A stretch of DNA of 63,988 nucleotides, the filler included, from Octopus bimaculoides (taxonomy: Eukaryota), in NCBI RefSeq assembly GCF_001194135.2. It is 3 parts of 3 records of this genome, joined end to end, with 100 filler letters (N's around TTAATTAATTAA, not from the genome) between each part and the next. Parts side by side here need not be neighbours in the genome. Positions count along the whole stretch, not along the records: positions 1 to 31,153 come from NC_069003.1; positions 31,254 to 62,778 come from NC_069001.1; 1 more part is not named here. One strand, written 5' to 3'. Shown here piece by piece: positions 26,340-39,260 of the stretch; position 1 is the stretch's first letter, and each line of letters opens with the position of its first letter. Both the position numbers and the translations under genes were made by a program. A model generated the notes under the pieces. That model was not told the origin of the DNA. It was given only the letters and a program-made list of their open reading frames with translations, and searched no databases.

Positions 26340-27759
26340 TGTGTGTGTGTATGTATACATATGTATACACAAGAAAGCACATAAATGCAAAACAAGGTGG
26401 AAAAAGTTTTCGCAAACTGTTACTCAGAGTTCCACGTTAATGTTTGTCGGACAGTAATGATCATACTATGATATTAGCATAATGCATATATTATCACAGC
26501 TGTCTGACGAACGGTAACTTGAAACTCCGAGTAACAGTTTGCAATGATTCTTTTCGGCTTTAATAATAATAATAATAATAATAATAATGACATATATATA
26601 TACACACACAAAAACACACGCAAACATACACATGCAGCAACAAATATACAGGCACACAAACACACCAAGAGTTGTATGCCGAAACTGTGTCACACACATT
26701 GGCACGTAATGAGATACATGTTTTGTGATACAAGCACTCACACACACACACACGTGCACGCACACACAAGCACACACATGCGCACTCACTCACACACCCA
26801 CACATAGAGGGAAGGAAAAGTGCTGGACAGGATTAATACAATAATGAGTTTAATATGTGTCATGAGGTCACGTGATAAGAAAATAAAGCAAAAATACGAA
26901 AATGAAAGAAAGAAAGAAATCACTAAGAAAATTAACAACGCAAAAAGAAAAATGAGATAATTAATACCAAATATGCAAATATGATAAATCATGTAAGATG
27001 CTGGGATATTAAATTGGGAGTAATTAAATTCTTAATTATATCACGTATGAATATTTGATTGGATGCTAATTAAAATTTACTGAAATATGAACAATTAAGC
27101 GAAAGAACATTCGTATGGTTAAAGTGTTTCCTTACGAGACACCTTACGTTGCGCAAGAGTGCGTTAAATGTTCGTATGCCTGCATGTATGTATGTATGTA
27201 AGCAGGTTGGTAGGTATACATGCATACATGTATGTATGTATGCATGTATGTATGTATGTTCACACGTACGTACTAATGTATGTATGCATGAATGCAATCA
27301 TGCATGTATGCATGGATGGATATATGTATGTATGACTGTATGCATGCGTGTATGTATGCATGCGTGCTGCTTGTATGAATGTATGCATATATGTATGTAC
27401 GTACGTACGTGTGTATGTAAGCATGCATTATGTATATATGTATTTATTTCACATCACTCCAGTGCAATACAATTCAAAAATGCGTTCACTTGTTGCTTCC
27501 TACAAAACGCGACAATGAAGCTCCGCTGTTACAATTTCAGTCAGAAGATACGACTTAAGAGTTCAAACTGAAGATAAAAAAGACCAATAAGAGAATAGGG
27601 AAATCAACAACAACAAACAAAAGGACAAAAAATATCTCAAAGAATTTTTGAATAGTCATGACTGTAATATAACGTTTGGGAGAAACGTTGCTTCTTATAT
27701 ATATACAAGCACCTAAACACACACACGCCTATCTGTGCATACACATACATACATGCACA

Positions 27760-28134
27760 CATATACGTATTGTTGCTGTTGTTGGTCTTCGGCTTCTTCT
27801 CATCCTCATCCTCACTCCACCCCCTCCTCCTTCTGGTCATCACGATCAGCGAAAGCAACAGCAGTGTCGCCGGCATCAACATCACGACCACCAGACACAC
27901 CACCGCAACCAACACCAGCACCATCGTCATCATCATCACAAGCATCATCATTAGCAACAACAGTAGCAGCAGTAGCAGCATCATCACCGTCACCACCATT
28001 ACCGTCGTCGTCGTCATCATCATCTTGCTGTATTTGTTGTTGCTGTTGTTGCTGCTACTGTTGTTGTTGTTGTTGTTGTTGTTGTTCTTCTTCTTCTTCT
28101 TCTTCTTCTTCTTCTTCTTCTTCTTCTTCTTCTT

Positions 28135-28163
<29 letters not shown>
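27760..28163. repeat. Compound trinucleotide low-complexity tract ending in (GTT)n(CTT)n
   Basis: Direct reading. Open frames occur on both strands only because of the repeat. Confidence 0.9.
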
Positions 28164-28165
<2 letters not shown>

Positions 28166-30221
28166 ATTTATCTCTTTAATGTAAACCCACCCACCCAGAT
28201 CAACAAACTTAACATAAGGTGACAAAAATAAACCTTACAGATTAAAACATTCCGATCTTCATTTTATTTTTGTTCTTCCTCTTAAAAAAAAAACATAAAT
28301 ATATAAATAAAAATAACAAAGAACAAGAAAAAAATCTACTTTAAAATGTCCGCTATTTAAAATACGTAAAATAAAAACCCCATACAAATTTTCTTTCCTT
28401 TATATGTTTGTATTGTTCGTAAATTACTACACGTTTTTTTTTTCTTTACAAAATTAATTAAATCTATTTCTGTGTAAGTTATTTGTACTTTCAAATTTAC
28501 TTAATTATCAGAAGCTGGAATAAAACCAGAAGGTTTATGACATGTACGGTTCCAAATAACATTACACTTCCTACAGAGGGCGTCTTATGTCATTAAAAAC
28601 AATGTTTAGTGCTTGACGGAGACGACATTCTTATTATCATGCATAGATTTTCTAGTTTTGTCATTGTTGGCGACATCTTCAGAATTAGATTTATTTTTAT
28701 AATCCAATTCAAAGTAGAACTTATTTTAGTCTTCTACTGGAATAATTATAGAAGAGAACGTGCATGTGTAGAATTGGTAAGTTAACAAATTCAATGCTGT
28801 GAGCAGTAAGAGATGTAATTAGAAATGCTTATCTAGTTAGTAAAAGTCAGTCTTGGTTTAGTAACCTGTAATAATATATTTAACTGAGAATACGCAGACG
28901 ATTGGAACAAAAGACCTGACGGGCATTTGATCCGGTTCCATGGACTCTGGGTTCGGATTATTGATACGAACAGAGTAAATCTAAAGCAAGTTTTGTACAC
29001 ACCCGTGTATATACCTATCTCAAATGAATGAGAAGCGACAGTAGTAAGACAAATATATATANNNNNNNNNNNNNNNNNNNNNNNNNNNNNNNNNNNNNNN
29101 NNNNNNNNNNNNNNNNNNNNNNNNNNNNNNNNNNNNNNNNNNNNNNNNNNNNNNNNNNNNNNNNNNNNNNNNNNNNNNNNNNNNNNNNNNNNNNNNNNNN
29201 NNNNNNNNNNNNNNNNNNNNNNNNNNNNNNNNNNNNNNNNNNNNNNNNNNNNNNNNNNNNNNNNNNNNNNNNNNNNNNNNNNNNNNNNNNNNNNNNNNNN
29301 NNNNNNNATATATATATAATACGGAAGGAATGTTTTACTAAGTAACCTGATAACATTTGCGCTGAATACGGAGAATAATTGCTTGTAATGTAACATAATC
29401 GTTATCGTAAACTATTCATTAGTAATGACATCAAAGTTAGCTATAGTTGTATGGAAAATCTAGCGACTGCGAACCAGGATTAATATCAGAAATTGCACAT
29501 AAAATATTCTACAACCTTTTAAATCAATGTAATTATAATACCAACGTATCGTTTCCTCTTCACTGTATATGTCTCCCAAAAACATCTATGTAGTGTGTGA
29601 ATGCCACGAACGTACCTGGAGCAGAAGAGGTTAATATTGATTTACTGGGAATACTATTAAAACTAAGCGTTTTCAGCTCATTTGAGTCTCATTGATAAAC
29701 GAATCACATCTTCTCTATCATTATAAGTCTGAGATTTTAAAGAGAGTTGGTGAATCGTCAAATCCATTAGACCGTATATCAGTGGATCTCACAGATGTAT
29801 GCTTTGTTTATCAGAAAAGTTCAAAAGTATTACTTCCAATAGTGATACATTAAAGAAAGCCTGCTCTGATCTTTAATTATCTCTGTAAAAAGTGCCTGAT
29901 AAGGCAATTTACACTGCATACCGGATTACATTTCCTGATGTCTATCAGTTGCTTGTGTAGAATCATTTGCTTTGTATATAGTCTTCACACTCATATTTAC
30001 TTGTGATCTTTTTGTTTTTGTTTTCTGTTGTATCATTATATTTGTATCATTTCCTATCTTTAACGTTCTTCCTTATGTTTGTATTAATGCATTCATAGCA
30101 ATGAATGATGCGGCGTTTATTGATTTCCAAGCATGTCGATGAATAAATATCGACAGACAAACATTGCCCCCGAGTCATACAAAGGCGCTACACACGTCAT
30201 CCTTTTAGTGCTTTCTATTCT

Positions 30222-30380
30222 TATCGTTTACTCGTTTCACTCATTGCCCAGCGGTCATGCTGGAGCACCGCCTTAAAAGTTTTCGTTGAACAAATCGACC
30301 GCAGTACTTGATTTTTTTAAAGGGCTGTTACTTTTCCTACCGCTCACTTTGCCAAACGGCTACATTGCGGGGACGTAGTT
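30222..30380 (-). mobile_element. SINE family D, 3' half (diverged)
   Basis: tttactcgtttcactcattg...gcggtcatgctggagcaccgccttaaa...aaatcgacc. Confidence 0.8.
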
Positions 30381-30475
30381 GAGTGCTGATACTTCCAAGT
30401 GCTCCAATTACTATTGGTATCACCTCCGCTATCTTCATTGACCAAAACCTTCGTATTTCCTACTTCAAATCGTCG

Positions 30476-30477
<2 letters not shown>

Positions 30478-30506
<29 letters not shown>

Positions 30507-30610
30507 CTTCTTCTTCTTCTTCTTCTTCTTCTTCTTCTTCTTCTTCTTCTTCTTCTTCTTCTTCTTCTTCTTCTTCTTCTTCTTCTTCTTCTTCTTCTTC
30601 TTCTTCTTCT
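30478..30610. repeat. (TTC)n, about 44 units
   Basis: Direct reading. Confidence 0.95.
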
Positions 30611-31153
30611 ATCGTCTTTTTTCTTATTGTTTGCTTTTCTTTTGCTTTACTTTGTGTGTCATTATAGTCGCAAATAAACATTCTACAAATAACACACACC
30701 GTATTGCCGAAAATATATAAGTAAATAAAGAGATAAATAAAAAAAGAAATAAAAAAAAGAAATAACGAATGCTGGCAACTAACATGAAATAATGAAGTTC
30801 AATATGTGCTTTGTTTGAGAACAAAAAAACGTGATGGTCTCCGTTGGAAAGTCATTGATCATAAGTTTGCTATATCTGGTTTAACCCGAGACCAAAAACC
30901 GACAACAACAATGACAATAACAGTAGCAGTAACAGGAACAACAATATCAACAGTAACCCCCCCCCACACACACACACGCACACGTATATATGTGTATGAT
31001 TGATTGAAGTCGTGTACTAACATACTTGTGACTCTGGGAAACTTGCCAGATGTTTCTTCAATTCTCTTAGATCTTTGAGATATGAATATGCAGATATTTG
31101 TCTATGCATGAAAATGTAAAGACTATTATTCACACAAATCTATACAAGGACGC

Positions 31154-31253
31154 NNNNNNNNNNNNNNNNNNNNNNNNNNNNNNNNNNNNNNNNNNNNTTA
31201 ATTAATTAANNNNNNNNNNNNNNNNNNNNNNNNNNNNNNNNNNNNNNNNNNNN
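31154..31253. other. Artificial 100-bp contig-joining linker N44-TTAATTAATTAA-N44
   Basis: 44 N, then 12 nt giving stops in all six frames (31198-31209), then 44 N. Identical to 62779-62878. Confidence 0.95.
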
Positions 31254-31258
31254 GTGCG

Positions 31259-31299
<41 letters not shown>

Positions 31300-32090
31300 G
31301 TGTGTGTGTCTATATGTGTGTGTGTAGTCATAAAAGTATTCATATATATATATATATATGTACGTAAGTCTGTGTTTGTGTATGTATGTATACGTGTATA
31401 TGATATAGAGAGGTAGACATACGTATACCTATAGATATAGGCACATATTTTTGCGTCGGTTTGTGTGTGAACATTTCTGTATAATACATAAATGCATACA
31501 TACATACATACATACATATGCATTCTCATTCGGTCTGTGCTATACAGGAAACCAGATTATTTTAAAATTTGATTAGACATAATTGCTGACGAATTCAATT
31601 GCAGATGAGAGTAGATTGTCGTCAATTGTAATGACAATTGACAATCTAATATCTATAATAATCTAAACTGTTTCTCAGGAAGATGAATGTAAATCATGGC
31701 CGCTATTATAGCTGTGCGGTTAAAAGTTTTGGTAGACAACAGTGTTGTTTGATTTTTAGTTGAACTTAGAAAAATATCTCCCTCAATGATCTTGTGAGTG
31801 AGTACCTTGAACGTTTGACGTTGATGATAAATATATATTTGAAGAAAGAGCATAAATGTGTTGAGGTTCCCTACGGCTGATTCATACGCGTTTTTTATTG
31901 ATCATTGAAGCGATTACTCCATAACAAAATGCCGTTTTCTTCAGGTGACCGATATGCTAATCTCCAACCTAAGTTCGTCTACTTATCAAAAGACCTTGAT
32001 TCAACAGAATCCTAAATAATAACTGATAACAATAATAATAATAATTAATATTTATTATTTATTTCCCTTTAAGTTATCAAATGCCTTATA

Positions 32091-32157
32091 CTCTAGCATC
32101 GGGCCGACCAAACCCTTGTGGGTGGGTTTCGCAGAGGGAAACTAAAAGTAACCCGTC

Positions 32158-32199
<42 letters not shown>

Positions 32200-32400
32200 T
32201 TTTGTGTGTCTGTGTTTGTCCCCACTATCGATTGATAACCGGTGGTGGTATGTTTACGTTCCCGTAATATAGCGGTTCAGCAAAGGAACCGATGGAATAG
32301 GTACTAGGCTTCAAGGAATAATTCCTAGAATCGATTTGTTCGATTAAAGGCGGTGCTCCAGCATGGCCGCAGTCAATTGACTGAAACAAGTAAAAGAATA
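32091..32400 (+). mobile_element. SINE family D: head end, (TA)n and 3' half
   Basis: gggccgaccaaacccttgtg...cccgtcg(TA)n...gtgtctgtgtttgtcccc...ggcggtgctccagcatggccgcagtcaattgactgaaacaagtaaaaga. Confidence 0.9.
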
Positions 32401-33299
32401 AAAAAAATAGACATACATATATAGACATAAATGGATGGATGGATAGATAGATAGATAGATAGATAGACACAGACATAAACATACATACATAAACTTGGGA
32501 TTTTCTAAATTTCCGAATACATAGTCAATACATTAGCAAATCCCTGGCTTTCACGGAAGAATTGTAATCGCATACGAGGGCCTGATCACACAGCGAGTGG
32601 TCGCGACCTGTAACGTTATTCTTAGCCCCACATTCATATATTAGTTTGACATCTGAAGTAAATATAAAATATTGGAATCCATTATTCTCATTCATTAGAG
32701 CTAATATTACCTTGGCAGTAGACACATCTGAAAACTGAATACCAAAGTAAAATATGCTTCGATTTTCTATAGTGTGTATGAATTAAATAATTATTATAAG
32801 TTACTTATAAAAAATCTCTCTATAACAAGTGAAATTGTCTCAAAATAAGTGGAACGTTATCAATATAGTCAGTAAAATGTTCTGCTGTTTATAGAAAAGT
32901 TAAATCTTAAGCTATTAACGCCTACGATTAAAATCAAAATGTCGTATGCATATTTGGTGGTTTTATGTTCATATTTTTGATAATTTTTTTTTCTGCTTTT
33001 ATTGTATATTTTTATATATTTATTGACGTCATTTAATAAATGCAAATTCTTTTATGCATTTTAGTTTTTAGCTTATAGTCTATACTCGGCAGAGACCACA
33101 TTAGACGATTTCCAAGAAAATAAGGTTCCAAATAGAAAGTCGATACTTCGTATCATGACATAAACGTTGCGCAGTGTCTGGTCTGTGGTCGGTCATCACA
33201 AATATCTATTATGTAATGCGGGGGTGAAACAGTTCGCAGCCGTAAGCTTCTGTGCTAGTGTCACAGAACTGTCAAGTGATTCGTTTATTTATTTAAAAC

Positions 33300-33815
33300 T
33301 TCCTTGGTGTTGTGGATGTATCTATAAAATGTATATGCCCCTACATAATGGGCTGGTCAAGAACAAACTATATGAGTGCCGTCTACATAGGGTTCATTAT
33401 GGGACTTTATGTGACTGCTGTACATTCTAGAAACAGCAGCCATATTTCTCATAAATTGCGCTCTACCTTCATAACGAAAGAGGCATACAGTGGGAAGTGT
33501 TATTTGAAATGGTTTGGCCACATTTGGGTCAACTTTTATTGTGGATATTTTCTCTAAGGTTTAATCTAGGGTTAAAACTAAACCAATAAAACGACACAAA
33601 ACGCTGCTTCTAAATCTAACGGAGGCCTCAAAAGATATTTTAAGAACCACAATTATAACTTAACGCAGTTCTTGATGGTCCAAATCAGATGTGCAATCTA
33701 TGTGGGTGTCTTTTCAAAACATTGTCTGGTTTAAAAAGCCACATCAGACGCCATGATGGATCTTAGGTTTAATTACCAGAAGTGATCAAACTCTGTATAA
33801 GGAGTACACAACCAC
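33300..33815 (+). mobile_element. Decayed 3' end of an RTE-like LINE with a terminal C2H2-type motif
   Basis: LKWFGHI (33504-33524) resembles the RTE LRW.GH motif. CNLCGCLFKTLSGLKSHIRRH (33692-33754; C-x2-C-x12-H-x3-H) is followed by TAG at 33764-33766. Stops and frameshifts lie between the two motifs. Confidence 0.6.
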
Positions 33816-33832
33816 TATATAAAGCGACTGAC

Positions 33833-34315
33833 GGCACTAATCAGTACCAGTATTGCTAGAAATAAGATTTAAAATACAGTCACAAGAAGCACTTCTCTTA
33901 ATCACTGACAAGTGAGATAAGCTCAGGTACTTTAGCGATGTGTATATTTCTACCGTTCGGTTGTAAAATCATGAACAAGCCACTCTTATTATTTATAATT
34001 TTCGCTTTTACTGTTTAGGAAATCAGCGTATGATTTCTACAATAATCTTATAAAATAAGGTGAGGTGAATTTAACCCAAGGCGCTATGAGAGTGTCACTG
34101 ACGAGCATTAATGTAAATGTGAAATCAGTGTGATCTGGATGTGCCTTGGCACTGAGGGAGTTTGCCTCCTTTATCAGTCATCAAAATGAGTGCTTCTTGT
34201 GGTTGTGAGTTTCTTGACTCTTCTTTCTAGCAACACTGGTGCTGCATAGTGCCCTAAGTCACTTTGGTGACGTATATATTTCTGCCTTTCGGTTGTAAAA
34301 TTGTGAACAAGCCAC

Positions 34316-34320
<5 letters not shown>
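33833..34320. repeat. Pair of related repeat modules: A inverted (33833-33911 vs 34171-34253), B direct (33928-33988 vs 34260-34320)
   Basis: ggcactaatcagtaccagtattgctagaaa vs the reverse complement ggcactatgcagcaccagtgttgctagaaa; ttcggttgtaaaat...gaacaagccac occurs twice. Confidence 0.8.
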
Positions 34321-34376
<56 letters not shown>

Positions 34377-34499
34377 TAATGTATGTATGTGTGTATGCGT
34401 GTGTGTGTATATATGTGTATATATATATATATATATGTATGCGTGCGTGTGTGTATATATATGTACTATGTATGTGTGTGGATGCGTGTGTGTGTGTAT

Positions 34500-34650
34500 A
34501 CTACAGGCTTTCATACAGTCTCCGTTTACCAATATCACTCAATGTATTGGACTACCCGGGACTATAGTAGAAGTCATTTTGCCCAAGGTGCCGCGCAGTG
34601 GGACTGAACCCGAATTTATATGGTTACATAATGAGTTTCTTAACCATAGA
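34500..34650 (-). mobile_element. SINE family D head, next to a (TA/TG)n tract at 34320-34500
   Basis: actatagtagaag...gcccaaggtgccgcgcagtgggactgaacccg. Confidence 0.85.
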
Positions 34651-35644
34651 ATCACATCTGCAAGCAATAGAACAAACATGATGCTACATATAAATATTTC
34701 TAAAAAAGACACGGAAATTACTAGACGCCCTCTAAACTAAAAGGGAAGCAAGTCATTACAGCAAACCAAAAATAGATGCAAATAGAAGATACTATGGAGG
34801 CGATAGACGCCATCGTGGAATCATTCAAGTAAATACAGTGGCAAAGGAAACATGCCCTCTGTACTTTCACTAAAAAACAAACATACATTTATTTTTATAC
34901 ATTAATAAAAACATACATCACAAAAGATCAAGCAGAGTTAAAATTAAAGTGGACCTAACAGAATCAATAAAAGAAATCTGAAAAAAAGAACGTAGCAAAA
35001 TCGATAAATATTGGTTATTGCAAACACCTGTTGTAGTTACAAACAAACAGCTCTGTGAAATGATAAATAAATATAACACGGCCCCCCGAGAAATGCTTTA
35101 GACGGAAAAACAAATCTGTTCAAATTTGCACAGACACAGTTATCTAACTAAATCAGTACCAGAGATACCATCGAGAGAAACTAGTCTTGTTCATGGTAGT
35201 GGCAGACTCCTAAGTAAAACCCATCTTAAACATTGTGGTGAGGGTGGGGTTGGAGATGGTGGTTCATATTGTAGAAGTAGAATGACACACCTATCGAAAT
35301 AGAAAAGAAGGGAAGCAACACAAAGAAAGAACTCAAATAAACAAAAACAAATATGATATTAATGAAAAATAAAATAGTTTGGAAGTAAAAGAAATGTTTA
35401 ATTGAACCATAACAAATAAAAGGATGTAGAATTCAACGCTTCAGAAATGAAGATAGAAAGTTCTAGAAAGTCTAGGTATTTGAATCAGAATATTTTACAA
35501 TCAAGAAAATCCCACAGCACTGGAGGATTATCAACTTCCATGAAATTCCATCTCCTTTCGAGAAGTGTCTCCTAATATAACTCCGGGTTTATGAATGCCT
35601 TATCAGAGAATTTGGTAGAGGAAAACTGTGTGGAAGCTTCTCGT

Positions 35645-35890
35645 TTGTGTGTGTGCGTGTGCGTATAAGTGTGTGTGCGTGCCTTTAAGTCTATTTTTAT
35701 CATCAACCCACTGCTTGACAGCCGGCTTTGGTTTGTTTACGTCAACATTATTTAACAGTTCGGCAAAAGGGATCGATCCATTAGGTACTAGATATAAAAT
35801 ATAAGGTCGATTGTTTCGACTAAAAAAACTTTCATTGCGGTGCCCTAGCATTGTCGGTGTCCAATGACTAAAACAAGTATAATATAAAGA
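35645..35890 (+). mobile_element. SINE family D, 3' half (diverged)
   Basis: ctgcttgacagccggctttggtttgtttacgtc...gttcggcaaaag...gcggtgccctagcat...tgactaaaacaagta. Confidence 0.75.
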
Positions 35891-35924
35891 CAAGGGAAAA
35901 CAGATGCCAGGAAAGAATCGTGCT

Positions 35925-36140
35925 TTCAAATTTTAGCACAAGGCCAGAAATTTCGGAGGCGGGGTAAATTCGATTACATCGACCCCATTGTTCAACTGGC
36001 TACTCATTTTATCGACTGCAGATGGATGAAAGGCAAAGCCGACCTCGGCAGGATTCGAACTCAGGATGTAAAGGCGGGCGAAGTTGAAATGCCGCTGAGC
36101 ATTTTAGAAGGCGTGATAACGATTCTGCCAGCTCGCCGCC
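35925..36140 (-). mobile_element. SINE family B, near full length
   Basis: cgattacatcgaccccattg...aaaggcaaagccgacctcggcaggattcgaactc...gattctgccagctcgccgcc. Confidence 0.9.
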
Positions 36141-36657
36141 CAACTAGGAAAGAATATTAAAACAATAACTTAGTGTCTGTTGCTGGATATATCATATATA
36201 ATAATGGCACCATAAGAATAATTCACCAAAGCCACCAAGAAAAACATCACCGAATGAAGAAATGCAAGAATCGAGAAAGACCTTGGCATTAAGAAATTCC
36301 AAAATTTCTTGATGAAACACCTTAGCAGCTTCCACAGGGTATTGACAGCAGTGACGGTATGATAGCTGGAAGAAAAAGAAACGGTATTCAGAAGAGAATC
36401 AACACATAGAAATGATAGTGGAGGAGAAAATATGATTATTGTCTTCACACAAATATATCAGAGACAACCGGTACTACAGAACGCTAATTTCCATGTAAGA
36501 AATATATAATGACTCTGCAAGAACATGAATCAGAATCGATATAACCTGGAACCAAATATGGTACATCACAAAAATTGGCAACAATTATTTTGGATGCATC
36601 TGTTACTATCGTAAAAACTGATCAATGTACATCCCGTAGATATACATACATATACAT

Positions 36658-36676
<19 letters not shown>

Positions 36677-36692
<16 letters not shown>

Positions 36693-37400
36693 ATACATAT
36701 ATGTATATATATATGTGTGTGTGTGTATACATATATGTATATATATATGTGTGTGTGTGTATACATATATGTATATATATATGTGTGTGTGTGTATACAT
36801 ATATGTATATATATATGTGTGTGTGTGTATACNNNNNNNNNNNNNNNNNNNNNNNNNNNNNNNNNNNNNNNNNNNNNNNNNNNNNNNNNNNNNNNNNNNN
36901 NNNNNNNNNNNNNNNNNNNNNNNNNNNNNNNNNNNNNNNNNNNNNNNNNNNNNNNNNNNNNNNNNNNNNNNNNNNNNNNNNNNNNNNNNNNNNNNNNNNN
37001 NNNNNNNNNNNNNNNNNNNNNNNNNNNNNNNNNNNNNNNNNNNNNNNNNNNNNNNNNNNNNNNNNNNNNNNNNNNNNNNNNNNNNNNNNNNNNNNNNNNN
37101 NNNNNNNNNNNNNNNNNNNNNNNNNNNNNNNNNNNNNNNNNNNNNNNNNNNNNNNNNNNNNNNNNNNNNNNNNNNNNNNNNNNNNNNNNNNNNNNNNNNN
37201 NNNNNNNNNNNNNNNNNNNNNNNNNNNNNNNNNNNNNNNNNNNNNNNNNNNNNNNNNNNNNNNNNNNNNNNNNNNNNNNNNNNNNNNNNNNNNNNNNTAT
37301 ATGTGTGTGTGTATACATATATGTATATATATGTGTGTGTGTATATATATATGTATATATATATGTGTGTGTGTATATATATATGTATATATATGTGTAT
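36677..37400. repeat. 34-bp minisatellite (gtatacatatatgtatatatatatgtgtgtgtgt) interrupted by a gap
   Basis: gtatac recurs at 36691, 36725, 36759, 36793 and 36827. Degenerate units resume after the gap. Confidence 0.85.
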
Positions 37401-37445
37401 GTGTATGTATGTATGTATGTATATATATGTATATATATATATATG

Positions 37446-37531
<86 letters not shown>

Positions 37532-38822
37532 TATATATGGTGCCACGAAGGAGAATCGAAACCGAAACCACATGGTGACAAATTGGTCTTCTTAACCACA
37601 CAGCTACGCCTGAATGCAACGCAACAGAACAGGAAGAAAAGAAAGAAAGGGCAGAAAAGGAAGGAGAGGAAGAATTGGAGGGGAGGAGGAAAGAAGAGGG
37701 AGATGAAGAAGAGAGAGATGAAGAAGATGGAGATGAAGAGAAAGGAAAGAATGAGATGAAGAAGACTATTGCTAGTAAGGGTGGAGGACAATGGGACATC
37801 GGTTGACGCCAACAATGTAAATAATGAATGAAACAAATTTAATGATGTTATAAACCCTGAGGCCAACAGATCTACCGCCTTTAAACCACTCGACCCAGCC
37901 CTACCACCACGTACTGCGGTAATTTCTGACACTTGACGACTTCCTCACAGTGTAGTTTAGAGATTTCAAGAATGCGGGGAGAAAGAGAAATGTTGTGATA
38001 GCAGTTGTGATATTTGAAGTAAATACTCACTCACTCATCAAGTAGCTTCTATAGAAGATTGAACAATTAGCTCTAAAATTAAATAACAATGAACTAGTTA
38101 GACTGAAATAGCCATTCGGCTGTCCACTTCTCACTCGCTGTATATAAGGGGAAGAAAGGAACAGTAGAAATAATTACTACATAGAATGCTAGTTGCACTG
38201 CGGATATGTGTGTCTGTGTTTGCATGTCTGTATGTGCATGTGAACTGTGTGTTGTCAACCCGTCTGCGTTGTCTTTAGGTCACGATGGAAGGTTTCGCCT
38301 TTGAATTCAGTTTGATTGTCCTTAAAACACTAAAACACCTGATGCCGGTGGAATGTAAAAACGATCGAAACCGTTGATATATTGCTTTTGCTGGTCATTG
38401 GTGTTTTCATGTGTACTGGGCAATATTTGATACTATATTCTGGAGAATCCTTCTCTCCAGTAAACGACTAATTCTTTAGTCAATAAAATTAACGATCGTG
38501 GTTGAGACACATAGGCTAAGGACCTATCAAAGTTAGCAAAAATTAATGGTAAATAAGATTTGGTCACGGTATATTCTGACGTCGGTCGGATATTAACAGA
38601 ATCTTTTAATACAGATATTGAAAAAAATTAAAAATAAGTTAAGATATCTAAACATGTTAGAATCAAAACTACACCACCAGCAGTAGTAGTAGTAGATTAA
38701 TAAACATGAACTCAACCAAAAAGTATTGAGTGATTTTTCACAAGTATATTAAATTGCAATTAAACATAGAATATTAATATATGCAAAATTTATTAAAGGA
38801 ATATTAATATATGCATAATTTA

Positions 38823-39235
38823 AGGCGGCGAGCTGGCAGAACCATTAGTACGTCGGGCGAAATGCTCAGCGACATTTCGTCCGTCTCTACGTTCTGAGTT
38901 CAAATTCCGCCGAGGTTGACTTTGTCATTAATCTTTTCGGAGTCGATAAAATAATTACCAGTTGAACACTGCTGTCGATTTAATCGACCTCGTCTCTCAC
39001 CCAAAACTGCTGGCATTGTACCAAAACTTGTAACCAATATATACGCTGGCAGAATTGTTAACACGCCGAGCAAAATGCTTAGCTGCATTTTGCTCGCCTT
39101 AACGTTCTGCATTTTGCTCGCCTTTTATCTTTTCAGGGATGAAAACATAAGTACCAGCTGAGTACTGAGGTCGATGTAATCGACTTTGCCCCCTTCCATG
39201 AAATTGCTGAGCTTGTGCCCTTATTTGAATCTAAT
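38823..39235 (+). mobile_element. Two tandem SINE family B copies (38823-39040 and 39045-39235)
   Basis: Both start gctggcagaa...aaatgct and end ...ttgtacca/gtgccc...tttgaa. Confidence 0.85.
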
Positions 39236-39260
39236 AGACACACACACACAAATATATATA

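Noticed and set aside
27637-28222. Pro/Ser/His-rich ORFs on both strands
   Set aside because: Compound trinucleotide repeat with no non-repetitive domain.
28880-29030. Open frame EYADDWNKRPDGHLIRFHGLWVRIIDTNR
   Set aside because: Bounded by an upstream stop with a weak acceptor, and no recognised homology.
32525-32740. Minus-strand ORF after tttcag (DVSTAKVILALMNENNG...)
   Set aside because: About 66 codons with no recognised motif; compatible with chance.
36240-36350. IEKDLGI resembling the CR1 RT EKDLGV motif
   Set aside because: The flanking residues do not follow the RT pattern and there are multiple stops.
36677-36832. Regularly spaced 34-bp repeats, superficially CRISPR-like
   Set aside because: The units are contiguous with no unique spacers. 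It is a eukaryotic minisatellite with no cas genes.
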